64,000 bases of DNA, taken from a virus. The notes beneath the pieces were generated by a model. The model was not told the DNA's origin. It did not search any database and saw nothing but the letters and a program-made list of their open reading frames with translations. The stretch is from IMG/VR virus record IMGVR_UViG_3300033148_007251, positions 1 through 64,000 of that record; one strand, written 5' to 3'. Below are positions 1 through 9,666 of the stretch, in pieces (the first letter of the stretch is position 1; the number at the start of each line of letters is the position of its first letter). Made by a program: the position numbers and the translations under genes.

Positions 1-686
1 GTTATCATAACTGACCATGATGCCATCCAAGACCAAAAAATATTTTCTTTTACGTGCCCCTTAAGACGCCAAGTCCCTGTATTGGCAGTGTCATTAATGA
101 AAAAAGTTGAAAGCATTTGAACTCTGGACATAACACCCAAGAATTCACAAGTGTTCCCTAATTCCGGAAAATCGTTAGGCGCCGGAGTAGCTGATGCTGC
201 CAATCTATATTTTGTTTTTGCAAAAGAACCGATAATCATGTTTCTTGTTTGTCCAGCGAAGTTTTTTAAAATTGAACTCTCATCACAAATCACAGCCACA
301 AATACACTTGCATCAAATAAATGTAACCGCTCATAGTTTGTAATATTTATTCCGTTAACAACCTCTTCTTGAGAAGAACAATAATTAACCTTGATCCCAA
401 ACTTTTCACCTTCTAAAATAGTTTGTTTAGCAACAGCCAAGGGTGCAAGGATAAGAATCGGTTTATTTTCTCGTTTGTGGATTTCATCAGCCCATGAGAG
501 TTGCATGATGGTCTTTCCTAACCCACATTCACAGAACAGCGCCGCTCGACCACGTGCCAATGCCCATCGCACAAGTACCGCCTGCCAATCAAAAAGATTT
601 TTATTAAGGTCTTTTAGTTCGATTTCAAATCCTGATTTCTCGTCAGCAATATTTTTAGATTTTAAAAAATCCTTATAATTATTCAT
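1..686 (-). CDS. SF2/SNF2-like DNA helicase (N-terminal part; runs off the window edge)
   Basis: Hand translation of the minus strand from ATG at 686: MNNYKDFLKSK...LFDWQ...AALFCECGLGKT (Walker A)...ILILAPLAV...VICDESS (Walker B)...AASATPAPND. Absent from the ORF track because it is open at the edge. The start overlaps the upstream stop (TAATG). Confidence 0.85.
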   Translation of the reverse strand, partial: MNNYKDFLKSKNIADEKSGFEIELKDLNKNLFDWQAVLVRWALARGRAALFCECGLGKTIMQLSWADEIHKRENKPILILAPLAVAKQTILEGEKFGIKVNYCSSQEEVVNGINITNYERLHLFDASVFVAVICDESSILKNFAGQTRNMIIGSFAKTKYRLAASATPAPNDFPELGNTCEFLGVMSRVQMLSTFFINDTANTGTWRLKGHVKENIFWSWMASWSVMI

Positions 687-1477
687 TATTTAGTTCCCTG
701 TTCTGGCAATTGTATATCTTCGTAATATTTATTATTTTTAATTTTTGAAATTATCCCTCTGTCAACACTAAATTTTTTAGCGATAATATTTTGCGTTATA
801 CTATTAGATAACATTTTTTTTACTTCTAAAATTTGTTTGCCACAAAGTTTACCGGGACGTAACGGTAATTTGTTAAGATCTATTTTATCACTTTGAACAT
901 CAAAATAGTGTTTTCCGGTTTTAATATTTGAAATCGTCATTTGCTGAACACCAAATTGTTTAGCGATATCTTTTTGATAAATACCATCAACTAATAATTT
1001 TCTAATTTCTAAAATTTGATTATCTGTAAATACCCTTGATGATTCTGACATTTTTCTGCGTGTTTTAATAGATATGTTTTGTTTTATTTTCGACATTTTT
1101 TCTTTTGATTTCACAGTATGATTCATGCCTATGTGTGACTTAGATATTTTTTTACGTATTTCTTCAGATGGATTCGATAAACCTTCTCCACCATCAGTAA
1201 GATTATAACCATTTGGCCTTTTCGTATTAAATGCTTTAACGTATTCAATTTCTTCTTTACATGCATCTTCCCAACTACTGCATCCAAATATTATTTCATG
1301 CTTAAATTCTTTTTTGCCATACTTTCGGATAGCTCTATGTAAATAACAATCATCATAACAACCAAAATGATCCCTCATCCGCCGCTTATAATCACCAGTT
1401 ATTCCAATATAACTCATACTATTAATGGTATTAGTAATCTTATAAACAACAAATTCTTTGTATTTTTCTTTCTTCAT
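686..1477 (-). CDS. GIY-YIG homing endonuclease (NUMOD3 + 2 C-terminal HTH repeats), paralog 1
   Basis: VVYKITN...YIGIT...KRRM...KEEIE...GYNLTDGGEG, then SEEIRKKIS-type NUMOD3 motifs and two QILE(I/V)..LL....Q..IAK.F.V....IS.IK repeats. Confidence 0.9.
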   Translation of the reverse strand: MKKEKYKEFVVYKITNTINSMSYIGITGDYKRRMRDHFGCYDDCYLHRAIRKYGKKEFKHEIIFGCSSWEDACKEEIEYVKAFNTKRPNGYNLTDGGEGLSNPSEEIRKKISKSHIGMNHTVKSKEKMSKIKQNISIKTRRKMSESSRVFTDNQILEIRKLLVDGIYQKDIAKQFGVQQMTISNIKTGKHYFDVQSDKIDLNKLPLRPGKLCGKQILEVKKMLSNSITQNIIAKKFSVDRGIISKIKNNKYYEDIQLPEQGTK

Positions 1478-1607
1478 ACTCTATGATACAAGATTTTTTA
1501 CTTTTTTAAAATTATTTTAAAACATTTGTGACAATACCACTTTCTACGATATCCGTCCGTTTCAATCCAATCCATTTTTACTTTACAATTTTTACAAATT
1601 TCTTTCA

Positions 1608-1808
1608 TTATTTCCTCTTTGCAACATAAAGGCAATCTTTTGCATCAATTAATCCAATATCAATAAGAGCCTCTTGAGCCCTCATATAAATTGGTGTATA
1701 GTGATGAGAATAAAACCCTCTGTCGTCATTAAGCGTTATAAAACACTTTTTATGGAACATATCGAGAACTAAAGTTTGCAACACATTTATTTTAAGATTT
1801 GTGCCCAT
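1608..1808 (-). CDS. hypothetical protein
   Basis: Small ORF tightly packed in the minus-strand operon. Confidence 0.5.
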   Translation of the reverse strand: MGTNLKINVLQTLVLDMFHKKCFITLNDDRGFYSHHYTPIYMRAQEALIDIGLIDAKDCLYVAKRK

Positions 1809-1814
1809 AATTAT

Positions 1815-2024
1815 TTACCTCTTTTTATTTAATTCTTCTCGTTTTTTATTTATTCTTTTAGTGATAATATTTCTTATTAATATAAGCCGTAATCTTGCAC
1901 CACATTTGCCTGAATCAACATCTGCTATAGCATTCTCAAGAAGATCAAACATTTCTATTTGTTCGTTTAATATAACCTGATTGACGATTTTTTCTTTATT
2001 TTTTATCATTATAAATTCTCCCAA
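1815..2024 (-). CDS. hypothetical protein
   Basis: Small ORF in the operon; the true start is probably the second Met. Confidence 0.5.
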   Translation of the reverse strand: MGEFIMIKNKEKIVNQVILNEQIEMFDLLENAIADVDSGKCGARLRLILIRNIITKRINKKREELNKKR

Positions 2025-2194
2025 CTATTATATAATATTTTATCAGAAAATATATTATATTTCTTAAAAAAATTCACAAAATATTCAGCAGATTCTTCGG
2101 TAAACATCGCAGCGATCAAAGATTCTTTGGCTGTGATGTTGAATGATTTTATTTTTATGATATTATAAGCGAGTGAACAATCTCGAAAGTTCAT
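2009..2194 (-). CDS. hypothetical protein
   Basis: Small ORF with AAGGA SD. Confidence 0.5.
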   Translation of the reverse strand: MNFRDCSLAYNIIKIKSFNITAKESLIAAMFTEESAEYFVNFFKKYNIFSDKILYNSWENL

Positions 2195-2410
2195 ATTGTT
2201 TATCCTTTTTTTTGATAATTGATTTCTTTATAAATTTACTTTGTCACGGGACAACGATACAAGGGTAGCCTCTTATTGGTTGGTTTTTAGCATTAAATAT
2301 ATCAGTATCATGTATTTTAATTGTAGGTACTGAATCACCTGCCACAACACTAAGTAATTTTTTATTCATAATGTCTTTTTCGTTTTCGCTCTCTTTAGAA
2401 GTCATATTAT

Positions 2411-3442
2411 TTATCCTCTTTTTGGTAGTTGAATTTCTGAATAACTTTCATTTCTTTTAATGCGTGAAACAGTATCAAGTGAAACATCAAATTTTTTAGC
2501 TATTGTTTTTTGAAAAATACCATCATTTAACATTTGTCTTATTTTTAAAATTTGGTTTTTTGTAAATTTACGATTATATTTTGACAACAAACTTAAATCT
2601 ACATTAGGTATTTGGATATTTGCATATATTTGATCTCTTTTAATAAGACCAATAGTTTCCTGAGCAACACCAAATTTTTTAGCTATTCTGGAATAAATTA
2701 TTCCATTTGATAATAATTGTTTAATTTCTAAAATTTGACTATCTGTAAACTTGCAACCACCTTTTGGCAGCAAACTTAAATCTGTGTTTTGTAATTGAAT
2801 ATTTTCATAACATTCGTTTCTTTTAATGCGACCAATAGTTGAAGTTACAACATTAAATTTCTTTGCAATTTTACATTGGGACACTCTGTTTAATAACAAT
2901 TGTTTAATTTCCAAAATCTGATCTTTAGAGAATATCTTTCTTGCTTCAGATCTCGCTTTGCAAATTTCAGCAGAAAGTACTTTTCCTTTGTGTATTTCGG
3001 ACAATTTTTTGCGAGTTTCAGCAGAAGGATTTTTACATGCTTCAGATATTTTCTTTTTGTGTTCTTTTGAATGTTTTTTCCCTTTATTTCCATTCCCTAT
3101 CTTTTTGCGTGTTTCTTTAGATGGAGTCCACCCTAAATTTCCTTCCCCTCCATCAGTTAGATTGTATCCATTTGGTATTTTAGTATTAAGAAATTTAATA
3201 CATTCAATTTCTTTTTTACATAACTCTTCCCAACTATTACATTCATATATTATTTTATATTTAAATTGTTTTTTGCTATATTTTTTTATTGCCCTATGTA
3301 AATATGAGTTCTCATATTTATTGGAATTGAAATGTTGCTTCATTCGTCGTTTATAATCAACAGTTATACCAATATAGGATTTACCACTATTAATATTAGT
3401 GATTTTATAAACAACAAATTTTTTATATTTTTTGGTCTTCAT
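2411..3442 (-). CDS. GIY-YIG homing endonuclease (NUMOD3 + 3 HTH repeats), paralog 2
   Basis: Same GIY-YIG motifs as paralog 1. Start reassigned to ATG 3442 (MKTKKYKKFVVY) by alignment with the paralogs. Confidence 0.9.
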   Translation of the reverse strand: MKTKKYKKFVVYKITNINSGKSYIGITVDYKRRMKQHFNSNKYENSYLHRAIKKYSKKQFKYKIIYECNSWEELCKKEIECIKFLNTKIPNGYNLTDGGEGNLGWTPSKETRKKIGNGNKGKKHSKEHKKKISEACKNPSAETRKKLSEIHKGKVLSAEICKARSEARKIFSKDQILEIKQLLLNRVSQCKIAKKFNVVTSTIGRIKRNECYENIQLQNTDLSLLPKGGCKFTDSQILEIKQLLSNGIIYSRIAKKFGVAQETIGLIKRDQIYANIQIPNVDLSLLSKYNRKFTKNQILKIRQMLNDGIFQKTIAKKFDVSLDTVSRIKRNESYSEIQLPKRG

Positions 3443-3503
3443 ATCTGTATGATACAAGATTATGACAAAAGTTTATTATTTTTCATTATTATTTTCTTCT
3501 TTT

Positions 3504-4976
3504 TCAGTTTTTTTTCATGATGGCTGAACCTAAATACGGGCGGCCTATTCGGTAATTATGCAAAACTGTTATTTCAGTATTCAAGGAAAAATCGTCGTGT
3601 CTTTGCTTTAGCATAACCGCTTTCATACAACCTTTCTTCTTATCATCTGGAGACATATTTATAGCCATACCTGCATCAAGCAATTCGAGCTTAGCGATCG
3701 ACTCCGCCCAATCGCCTTGCTTTATCTTTTTTCCTGTCCTGGCGGTGTTAGATTGTGACGCCGTTATTACCAGACAATTCTTTTCAAGTGCTAAGGCCTT
3801 GTGTTCTTCCCAGATACTTGCTATTTGATGGCGATTATCCGTCCTGTTATTGGCCGGGGCAAACTTATCAGCATAATCAGTGACTATAACATCCGGTGAA
3901 AATCCCTCCATTTTTTCTAAGTTATTAAGGTATGACCTTAATCCTTCCATATTAACTGATTTCGAAGGAAACGTAACAAGTTTAAATTTATTACCCCTTA
4001 GCAAAGCTGATTTTTTTATTGCATTACTTTTTTTTGCCGCTTGTTCAAATGTCATTTCCTTTTTACTACTTTTTTTGTATAAAATAACAGGCGTGTAACT
4101 TTTACAAATATCACATTTTGCTTTTTTCTTTTTGAAGTGATTACAACTTTGTATATTTTCACATTCAAAATAAGGTATGTCAACAACTCCTTCATATTTC
4201 TTGGATGGCAAACCAGTAATATAATGTTGGATTCTTTTTACCATTTGCTTTTCTGACATTTCTAAACTAACAAAAAGAACATTAAGTCCTGAAAATAATG
4301 CTTTTAATGCAGCGTACATTAGCCACCATGTTTTACCTGTTCCGGATGATCCTACAAAACTAAATAGCCACCCTCTCTCTAAATAGCCCATTGTTTGTCC
4401 AAGAACTCCAGGGAATGAAAATAATCTATCTGATGTATCTAAATCAAGGGCATCATTAATGATATTCAAATCAAAAATGGGATCGACGCCTTTGATTTTA
4501 GTTTTTGTTATATTTGTATAGTTTTTAATTAATGATTCTGCGTCATCTATATTATCATTAACAAGATGGTGTTGAATATCTGACATTAAGCATTTTAATG
4601 ATCTGTTTCTAAAATATTCTTCCGCCTTATCAAGTATATACGGTTCATCAAATTTATCAGAATTAACATATTGTTCCGATATCCCTTCAAAGAATTCCTT
4701 TATCATATCAGATTCATCAGCATCAAGAAAAGCCTCTTTCTCGTAAAAAATACGTTCAATATGTTTTCCTGGAGCTTTTTGATATTTGTCAAAATATTCA
4801 AAACACCATTGAGTAATAGTTTTCGCAAAAGGTATTTTAAAAGAATCATTAATATAAATTTGCTGAATATCTCTTATGAATTCAGATGATGTAATAAGCC
4901 CTATAACTATTTGTCTTTCTAATGATCCGCCAGAACTAATATTTTTACGGCCTATAATTTTTCCGATCACACTCAT
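3504..4976 (-). CDS. DnaB-like replicative helicase
   Basis: Walker A GSSGTGKT, FVSLEMSE, VIVTDYAD, VITASQ, LKQRH (SF4 helicase motifs). Confidence 0.88.
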   Translation of the reverse strand: MSVIGKIIGRKNISSGGSLERQIVIGLITSSEFIRDIQQIYINDSFKIPFAKTITQWCFEYFDKYQKAPGKHIERIFYEKEAFLDADESDMIKEFFEGISEQYVNSDKFDEPYILDKAEEYFRNRSLKCLMSDIQHHLVNDNIDDAESLIKNYTNITKTKIKGVDPIFDLNIINDALDLDTSDRLFSFPGVLGQTMGYLERGWLFSFVGSSGTGKTWWLMYAALKALFSGLNVLFVSLEMSEKQMVKRIQHYITGLPSKKYEGVVDIPYFECENIQSCNHFKKKKAKCDICKSYTPVILYKKSSKKEMTFEQAAKKSNAIKKSALLRGNKFKLVTFPSKSVNMEGLRSYLNNLEKMEGFSPDVIVTDYADKFAPANNRTDNRHQIASIWEEHKALALEKNCLVITASQSNTARTGKKIKQGDWAESIAKLELLDAGMAINMSPDDKKKGCMKAVMLKQRHDDFSLNTEITVLHNYRIGRPYLGSAIMKKN

Positions 4977-5022
4977 TGTCTATCCTTTTTTTGTTTTTAA
5001 AAAAGCTCTGATTTATTCTCTT

Positions 5023-5805
5023 TTATTGTGATATAATATTTATTGTTTTTTGTAAATCCAAAACAGCGTTTTTTAAATGTTTAATTACATTTTTTTCTGG
5101 AAATCCTTCATTTATTTCGGTTACTCGATCTATTATTTTTTGTTTATAATTATAACCCAAGCAATTAGGGTTGAACCCAATTTCTTTTAATGTTTTTTTA
5201 ACATTTTCAAGTTTTTCAATTCTATATTCAAGTTGGTCTTGTTTTGTTTTAACAGATTTTACATTTTTATTATACAGTTGTCTAATTTTTCTTGAAACAT
5301 TATGTCCGAGATCTTGATTTTCATTTTGATTAATGAACCACATTTCCCAGTATTTTTTCGGAGAATAACTTTCATTGGATAATCCATTTATTATTTTTGA
5401 ACGGCTCATAAGTATGTATTTTAAAACATTATCCGAAATGTCTACGTGTCTATGAGGTGCTTTTTTCTTACAATATAATCTAGTTCCGTTTTTAGATGAT
5501 AATAATAATCCTGCCTGTTCTGGTACTTCTGTAACGTCTATAACTCCAATAGGGGCAACGAAATAAAAATCAGTACAATACGGAAGGTATTTTTGCCATT
5601 TGTTATCATTTATAAAATCACTACGAGAAACCTTTATTTCATATATCCATGTCATGGGCCTTGTATAAGATTTTTTCATTACCCAAAGATCAAATCTAAG
5701 AATATTATTTGAAGACCAAGTGCTACCATTTTTACACTCAGGGACAGCGATATCATTTTTATGTCGTTGTAAAAGCAATTTAAGAATATCGTTTGCTTTA
5801 ATCAT
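5023..5805 (-). CDS. MmcB-like PD-(D/E)XK nuclease family protein
   Basis: RFDLW...YEIKVSRSDF..D.KWQKYLPYC..FYFVAP......E.PE.AGL signature. Confidence 0.75.
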   Translation of the reverse strand: MIKANDILKLLLQRHKNDIAVPECKNGSTWSSNNILRFDLWVMKKSYTRPMTWIYEIKVSRSDFINDNKWQKYLPYCTDFYFVAPIGVIDVTEVPEQAGLLLSSKNGTRLYCKKKAPHRHVDISDNVLKYILMSRSKIINGLSNESYSPKKYWEMWFINQNENQDLGHNVSRKIRQLYNKNVKSVKTKQDQLEYRIEKLENVKKTLKEIGFNPNCLGYNYKQKIIDRVTEINEGFPEKNVIKHLKNAVLDLQKTINIISQ

Positions 5806-5940
5806 ATTGTTTTATCCTTCCTTATTTGTAATACAAGGCGTTTTGTTTTAAAACCCTTATACTGGTATATTTTTTGATTTATCTATGACTATTTCAATAT
5901 ATTCGTTTGAAATTTGGCATACCCTAACTATGTTTATTGA

Positions 5941-7659
5941 TTAAAAATTATCTTCGTCATCTTTAACGGTATTAAGTTCATATATTTTGCGTCGATCCGG
6001 CAAATCAAAATAACATTTTTCATATGGAATAAAAGTCGGTTTTAATATTTCCTGGATTGTATCTTTTGATAAATTATAAAATGATGACAAATAACCATTT
6101 TTACGCATTGTTGGATCGAGTTGATATTTGTTTTCAATATCAACAAATATTTTTTTAAATTTTATTTTCCAATCACCATTATTTTTACGACCGCCGATAA
6201 AGTCAGAGATGTGTTCATTGAACCAGTTTATATTTATATTGTTAATCTTTATTTCATAATCAGTCAACACCTCCATTATACAATTTTCTGCCCATTTTAT
6301 ATTTTCTTTTGTGTTATCTTCGATAAGTTCTTTGATTATATATTTTTTTTCTAATTCTTCTGCATTATCTATACACCTTTGTATCTTTTCATGTGGTGTT
6401 TCTATACACAGATGTTCATGTTCTCCCCATCCTCTACTTTGGATATCAACACCTAAGATATCGCTTTCAATAAGCATAAACCTTTTGAATGTTTTGGAAT
6501 CGGGGAATAATACCTGTTCGTTATTCAATGAGATTCCTGCACCTTCACCATCGATCCACTCAAAATAATGATTTGATAATTGAGTCAGTGTCCCAAGATT
6601 CCGTCGAGCAGTTGAATTAAAGACTCGATTTTCCCAATCATCTACAAGGTGCAAATTATCACCCGTCATTAAGTTATTAAGCCAGACCTTCTGTTTTAAT
6701 AATGCTTCATAAATTTTGGATTTAGAAGGCTTATATCCATGCTCCCAACATTCAAGATTCATCCACTTATTGGCAACCGTTTTTATTTCTTCTAAAAATA
6801 AGTCAATTTTTTCTTTTGGAAATAAATGTAATGATTTGTGAGTAGGGTTATTCAATGGGTTATTTAATGGATTATCATTTTTATTTGTTTTGGAAGATGT
6901 TTGATTGTTATTGACTTTAAAAACCTCTAACGGAAGTGATTCATCAACAAACCTGTCCAAACCTCTCACAAGGAATTCCTCGATCGACCATTTGTGATCC
7001 CAGTAATAATCCGGAGAATTTAGAACTATAGAGTAATTTTTGAAGGCCTGAAATATTTCTTCATTGGAGTAATCATTGTTCTTTAAAATTTTGTCTATAA
7101 CCTTCTTTCTTTTGGAAGTGATCTTAGAATGAACAATTATATTTTGTTTGTTCCAAAATTCCAAAAAATGTATATAAATTGTTTTATTAGTATTTAAAGA
7201 ATTTAAGTTATTAGTACTTAAAGCATTTGTCTCCTTGCTTTCCACAGTGTGGCCTTTCCCACACTGTGGAATATCCAGGGTGTGGATATCTGTAACTTGA
7301 TCTATTTTATTTTTATCCCACCAAATAAATTTTATGTAAATATAATGGCCAGTTATTAAATTTGTCTCTTTATTTCTGGTCGTAATGTTTTCTATTAACC
7401 CAAGTTTAACGAGTTCTTTCTTCGCTTCTCGCACTCGTTGTTTTCCCCATTTTAACCCTTGAGCTACATATGACGTTGTCGCTCTTACTTGTTCTGTTTT
7501 TTGCCATTTTGCAGTTTGGTAATAAAACCAATATAAAGCCATGAGATCAGCAGGCCTGTCTTGTTTTAATATGATGTCAGATGTAACCTTGGAAATAACT
7601 ATTGGTTCTTGCGATTTATCATAATTAATTTTTTCTTGTATTTTCCTTTTCCGTTCCAT
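5941..7659 (-). CDS. putative replication initiator protein
   Basis: N-terminal winged-HTH-like segment (YVAQGLKWGKQRVREAKKELVKLGLIE), low-complexity linker, then FLEFWN...FKNY...YYW..KWSIEEFL, a domain typical of phage replisome organisers; near the DnaB gene. Confidence 0.6.
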   Translation of the reverse strand: MERKRKIQEKINYDKSQEPIVISKVTSDIILKQDRPADLMALYWFYYQTAKWQKTEQVRATTSYVAQGLKWGKQRVREAKKELVKLGLIENITTRNKETNLITGHYIYIKFIWWDKNKIDQVTDIHTLDIPQCGKGHTVESKETNALSTNNLNSLNTNKTIYIHFLEFWNKQNIIVHSKITSKRKKVIDKILKNNDYSNEEIFQAFKNYSIVLNSPDYYWDHKWSIEEFLVRGLDRFVDESLPLEVFKVNNNQTSSKTNKNDNPLNNPLNNPTHKSLHLFPKEKIDLFLEEIKTVANKWMNLECWEHGYKPSKSKIYEALLKQKVWLNNLMTGDNLHLVDDWENRVFNSTARRNLGTLTQLSNHYFEWIDGEGAGISLNNEQVLFPDSKTFKRFMLIESDILGVDIQSRGWGEHEHLCIETPHEKIQRCIDNAEELEKKYIIKELIEDNTKENIKWAENCIMEVLTDYEIKINNININWFNEHISDFIGGRKNNGDWKIKFKKIFVDIENKYQLDPTMRKNGYLSSFYNLSKDTIQEILKPTFIPYEKCYFDLPDRRKIYELNTVKDDEDNF

Positions 7660-7674
7660 TTTATATTTTTTCCT

Positions 7675-8583
7675 TTATGGTAATTGGATATTTGTGTATG
7701 TTTTATTTCTTTTGATTCGTGAAATAGTTTGCTGAACAGTATTAAATCTTTTTGCTATTTTATATTGTGATATCTTATTTAATAACATTTTGCGTATTTC
7801 TAAAATTTGATCATTAGAAAGTTTGTGACTTCCTTTTGGTAAATTATTTAAATCTATTCCTGATAGTTTGATATTTGCGTAAGTTTTGTTTCGTTTAATA
7901 CAACTAATAGTTGAAACAACAACATTAAATTGTTTTGCTATTAAACATTGTGATATTCCATTTGATAATAATTGTTTTATTTCTATAATTTGATTTGTTG
8001 AAAATTTATGATCACTTCTTAAGTTTTTAAGTTTTTCTTCTTGGTGCTTAATATTAAAATAAGTTTTACCACGTTTAATGCATCCTATAGTTCCTTGAGC
8101 GACATTAAATATTTTTGCAATTGCATGTTGTGATATTCCATTTGATAATAATTGTTTTATTTCTATAATTTGATTTGTTGAAAAAATTTTCCCAGCATCT
8201 GATATTTTTCGTTTGGCTTCAGTAGATCTGTTTTTAGCAGCAAGGGACATCTTTTTACGAGTTTCTTTAGAGCGTTTTAACCCAATGACCCCTTCTCCTC
8301 CATCTGTAAGATTATAACCGTTAGGTACCTTAGTATTAAAGATTTTAATATATCCAATCTCTTCTTTACATAACTCTTCCCATGAATTACATTCAAATAC
8401 TATTTCATGTTTAAATTTGTCTTTACCGTATTTTTGAATAGACCTATGCAAATAAGTATTATCATAATTAGAATGAAAGTGTTCTTTCATTCGTTTTTTA
8501 TAATCACCGGTCATGCCAATATAACATCGCCCAGTTATGGTGTTAGTAATTTTATAAATAACAAATTCTTTAGTTTTGTTCAT
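7675..8583 (-). CDS. GIY-YIG homing endonuclease (NUMOD3 + 3 HTH repeats), paralog 3
   Basis: GIY-YIG motifs; two near-identical FSTNQIIEIKQLLSNGISQ repeats plus a third copy. Confidence 0.9.
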   Translation of the reverse strand: MNKTKEFVIYKITNTITGRCYIGMTGDYKKRMKEHFHSNYDNTYLHRSIQKYGKDKFKHEIVFECNSWEELCKEEIGYIKIFNTKVPNGYNLTDGGEGVIGLKRSKETRKKMSLAAKNRSTEAKRKISDAGKIFSTNQIIEIKQLLSNGISQHAIAKIFNVAQGTIGCIKRGKTYFNIKHQEEKLKNLRSDHKFSTNQIIEIKQLLSNGISQCLIAKQFNVVVSTISCIKRNKTYANIKLSGIDLNNLPKGSHKLSNDQILEIRKMLLNKISQYKIAKRFNTVQQTISRIKRNKTYTNIQLP

Positions 8584-8700
8584 TTGGGATACCCCCGTTT
8601 AAGGTCAAAAGAATAACAATGGTGGGATCAGTGTAAACGGCACCGACCCCGGGAACCATTGCTTCGAGATTAACAAGGGGGTAGCTAACCGCACTTGTTA
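8584..8700 (-). promoter_or_regulatory. structured 5' leader with two hairpins whose loops complement the translation-initiation region of paralog 3
   Basis: Minus strand: TAACAAG-(loop containing TACCCC)-CTTGTTA and GCAATGGT..GGGTCGGTG-(loop CCGTTTA)-CACTGATCCC-ACCATTGT; target TAAACGGGGGTA lies 6 nt before the ATG. Confidence 0.65.
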
Positions 8701-8722
8701 TATATAATATACAAATTTTTTG

Positions 8723-8977
8723 TTAAAAGTCAAATTTTATTTTACATATACTACATTTAAATTCTTTGGCACTAATGGATTTACTGTCATACCAAGGGCA
8801 GTCCTCAAAGTCACAGATATTTTTAATAGAGGGAACGTAATTTTTTTCTTTATGTTTTGCTGTTATTTTACTATCACTATATTTTTGAGGTTTAAGAACT
8901 GTTACCTTGTGCGTTTTCAGCCAGTCTTCTTGCATTTTAATTTCTGTTTTTCTATTCATTTTTATCTCACCGTGCAT
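8723..8977 (-). CDS. hypothetical protein with four Cys (possible Zn ribbon)
   Basis: C-x4-C...C-x2-C near the C-terminus. Confidence 0.5.
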   Translation of the reverse strand: MHGEIKMNRKTEIKMQEDWLKTHKVTVLKPQKYSDSKITAKHKEKNYVPSIKNICDFEDCPWYDSKSISAKEFKCSICKIKFDF

Positions 8978-9666
8978 TTTTTTACGTATTGTTGAGCGAT
9001 TTTTTGTAACTCTAAAATTTCATTGTCTGTATAAATTTCTTTTTCATCCCCGAATAATTCGGGATTTAGAACATTGTTATTTTTAAATTGCTGTAAAATA
9101 TATAATTCAGCTTCACCAATTATATATTTCATGTTATTCAATGTCTCTTTGTTTATAAAAGATCGAATACAAGTTGTCCTTAGTTCATAATCTATACCTG
9201 ACCTTTTGATTATATCTGCCGTTAAAGACACTTGAGAGGCACTGTGTTTGAATTTTGTTAGAAAAGCATAGTTGGAACTGTCCGTTTTGATATCTAAAGC
9301 CACATAGTCAATAAGCTCCTTCTCAATAAGTTTTTCAACGACATCAGGCCGACTTCCATTCGTATCCAATTTAATTTGATATCCCATGTTTTTTATTTTT
9401 TTACAAAATGAGATCAAGTTTTTTTGGATCGTCGGCTCCCCGCCTGAAATCACAACTCCATCTAACAATGTTGTTCTGAGTGAGAGAAAATTTAATACAA
9501 ATTTTTCAGAAAGTGTTAGGTTTTCTTTCTTAAGTTTGTTTGATATAAGCCACTTATTGTGACAATATGGACATTGAAAGTTACATCCCTGGGTAAATAC
9601 GATACATGCTATTTTCCCAGGGTAGTCAATAAAACTATTTTTTATTAATCCTCCTGCTTTAATCAT
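8962..9666 (-). CDS. nrdG: anaerobic ribonucleotide reductase activating enzyme (radical SAM)
   Basis: SFIDYPG..ACIVFTQGCNFQCPYCHN (CxxxCxxC), GVVISGGEPT, IKLDTNGS, YELRTT; near nrdD. Confidence 0.93.
   Translation of the reverse strand: MIKAGGLIKNSFIDYPGKIACIVFTQGCNFQCPYCHNKWLISNKLKKENLTLSEKFVLNFLSLRTTLLDGVVISGGEPTIQKNLISFCKKIKNMGYQIKLDTNGSRPDVVEKLIEKELIDYVALDIKTDSSNYAFLTKFKHSASQVSLTADIIKRSGIDYELRTTCIRSFINKETLNNMKYIIGEAELYILQQFKNNNVLNPELFGDEKEIYTDNEILELQKIAQQYVKKCTVR

Noticed and set aside
151-678. Plus-strand ORFs 151-336 and 391-678, and similar short antisense ORFs across the window
   Set aside because: Antisense shadows of clear genes on the opposite strand.
5915-5930. TGGCATACCCTAACT as a third sigma-54 promoter
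   Set aside because: No TTGC -12 element, and it faces against local gene orientation.
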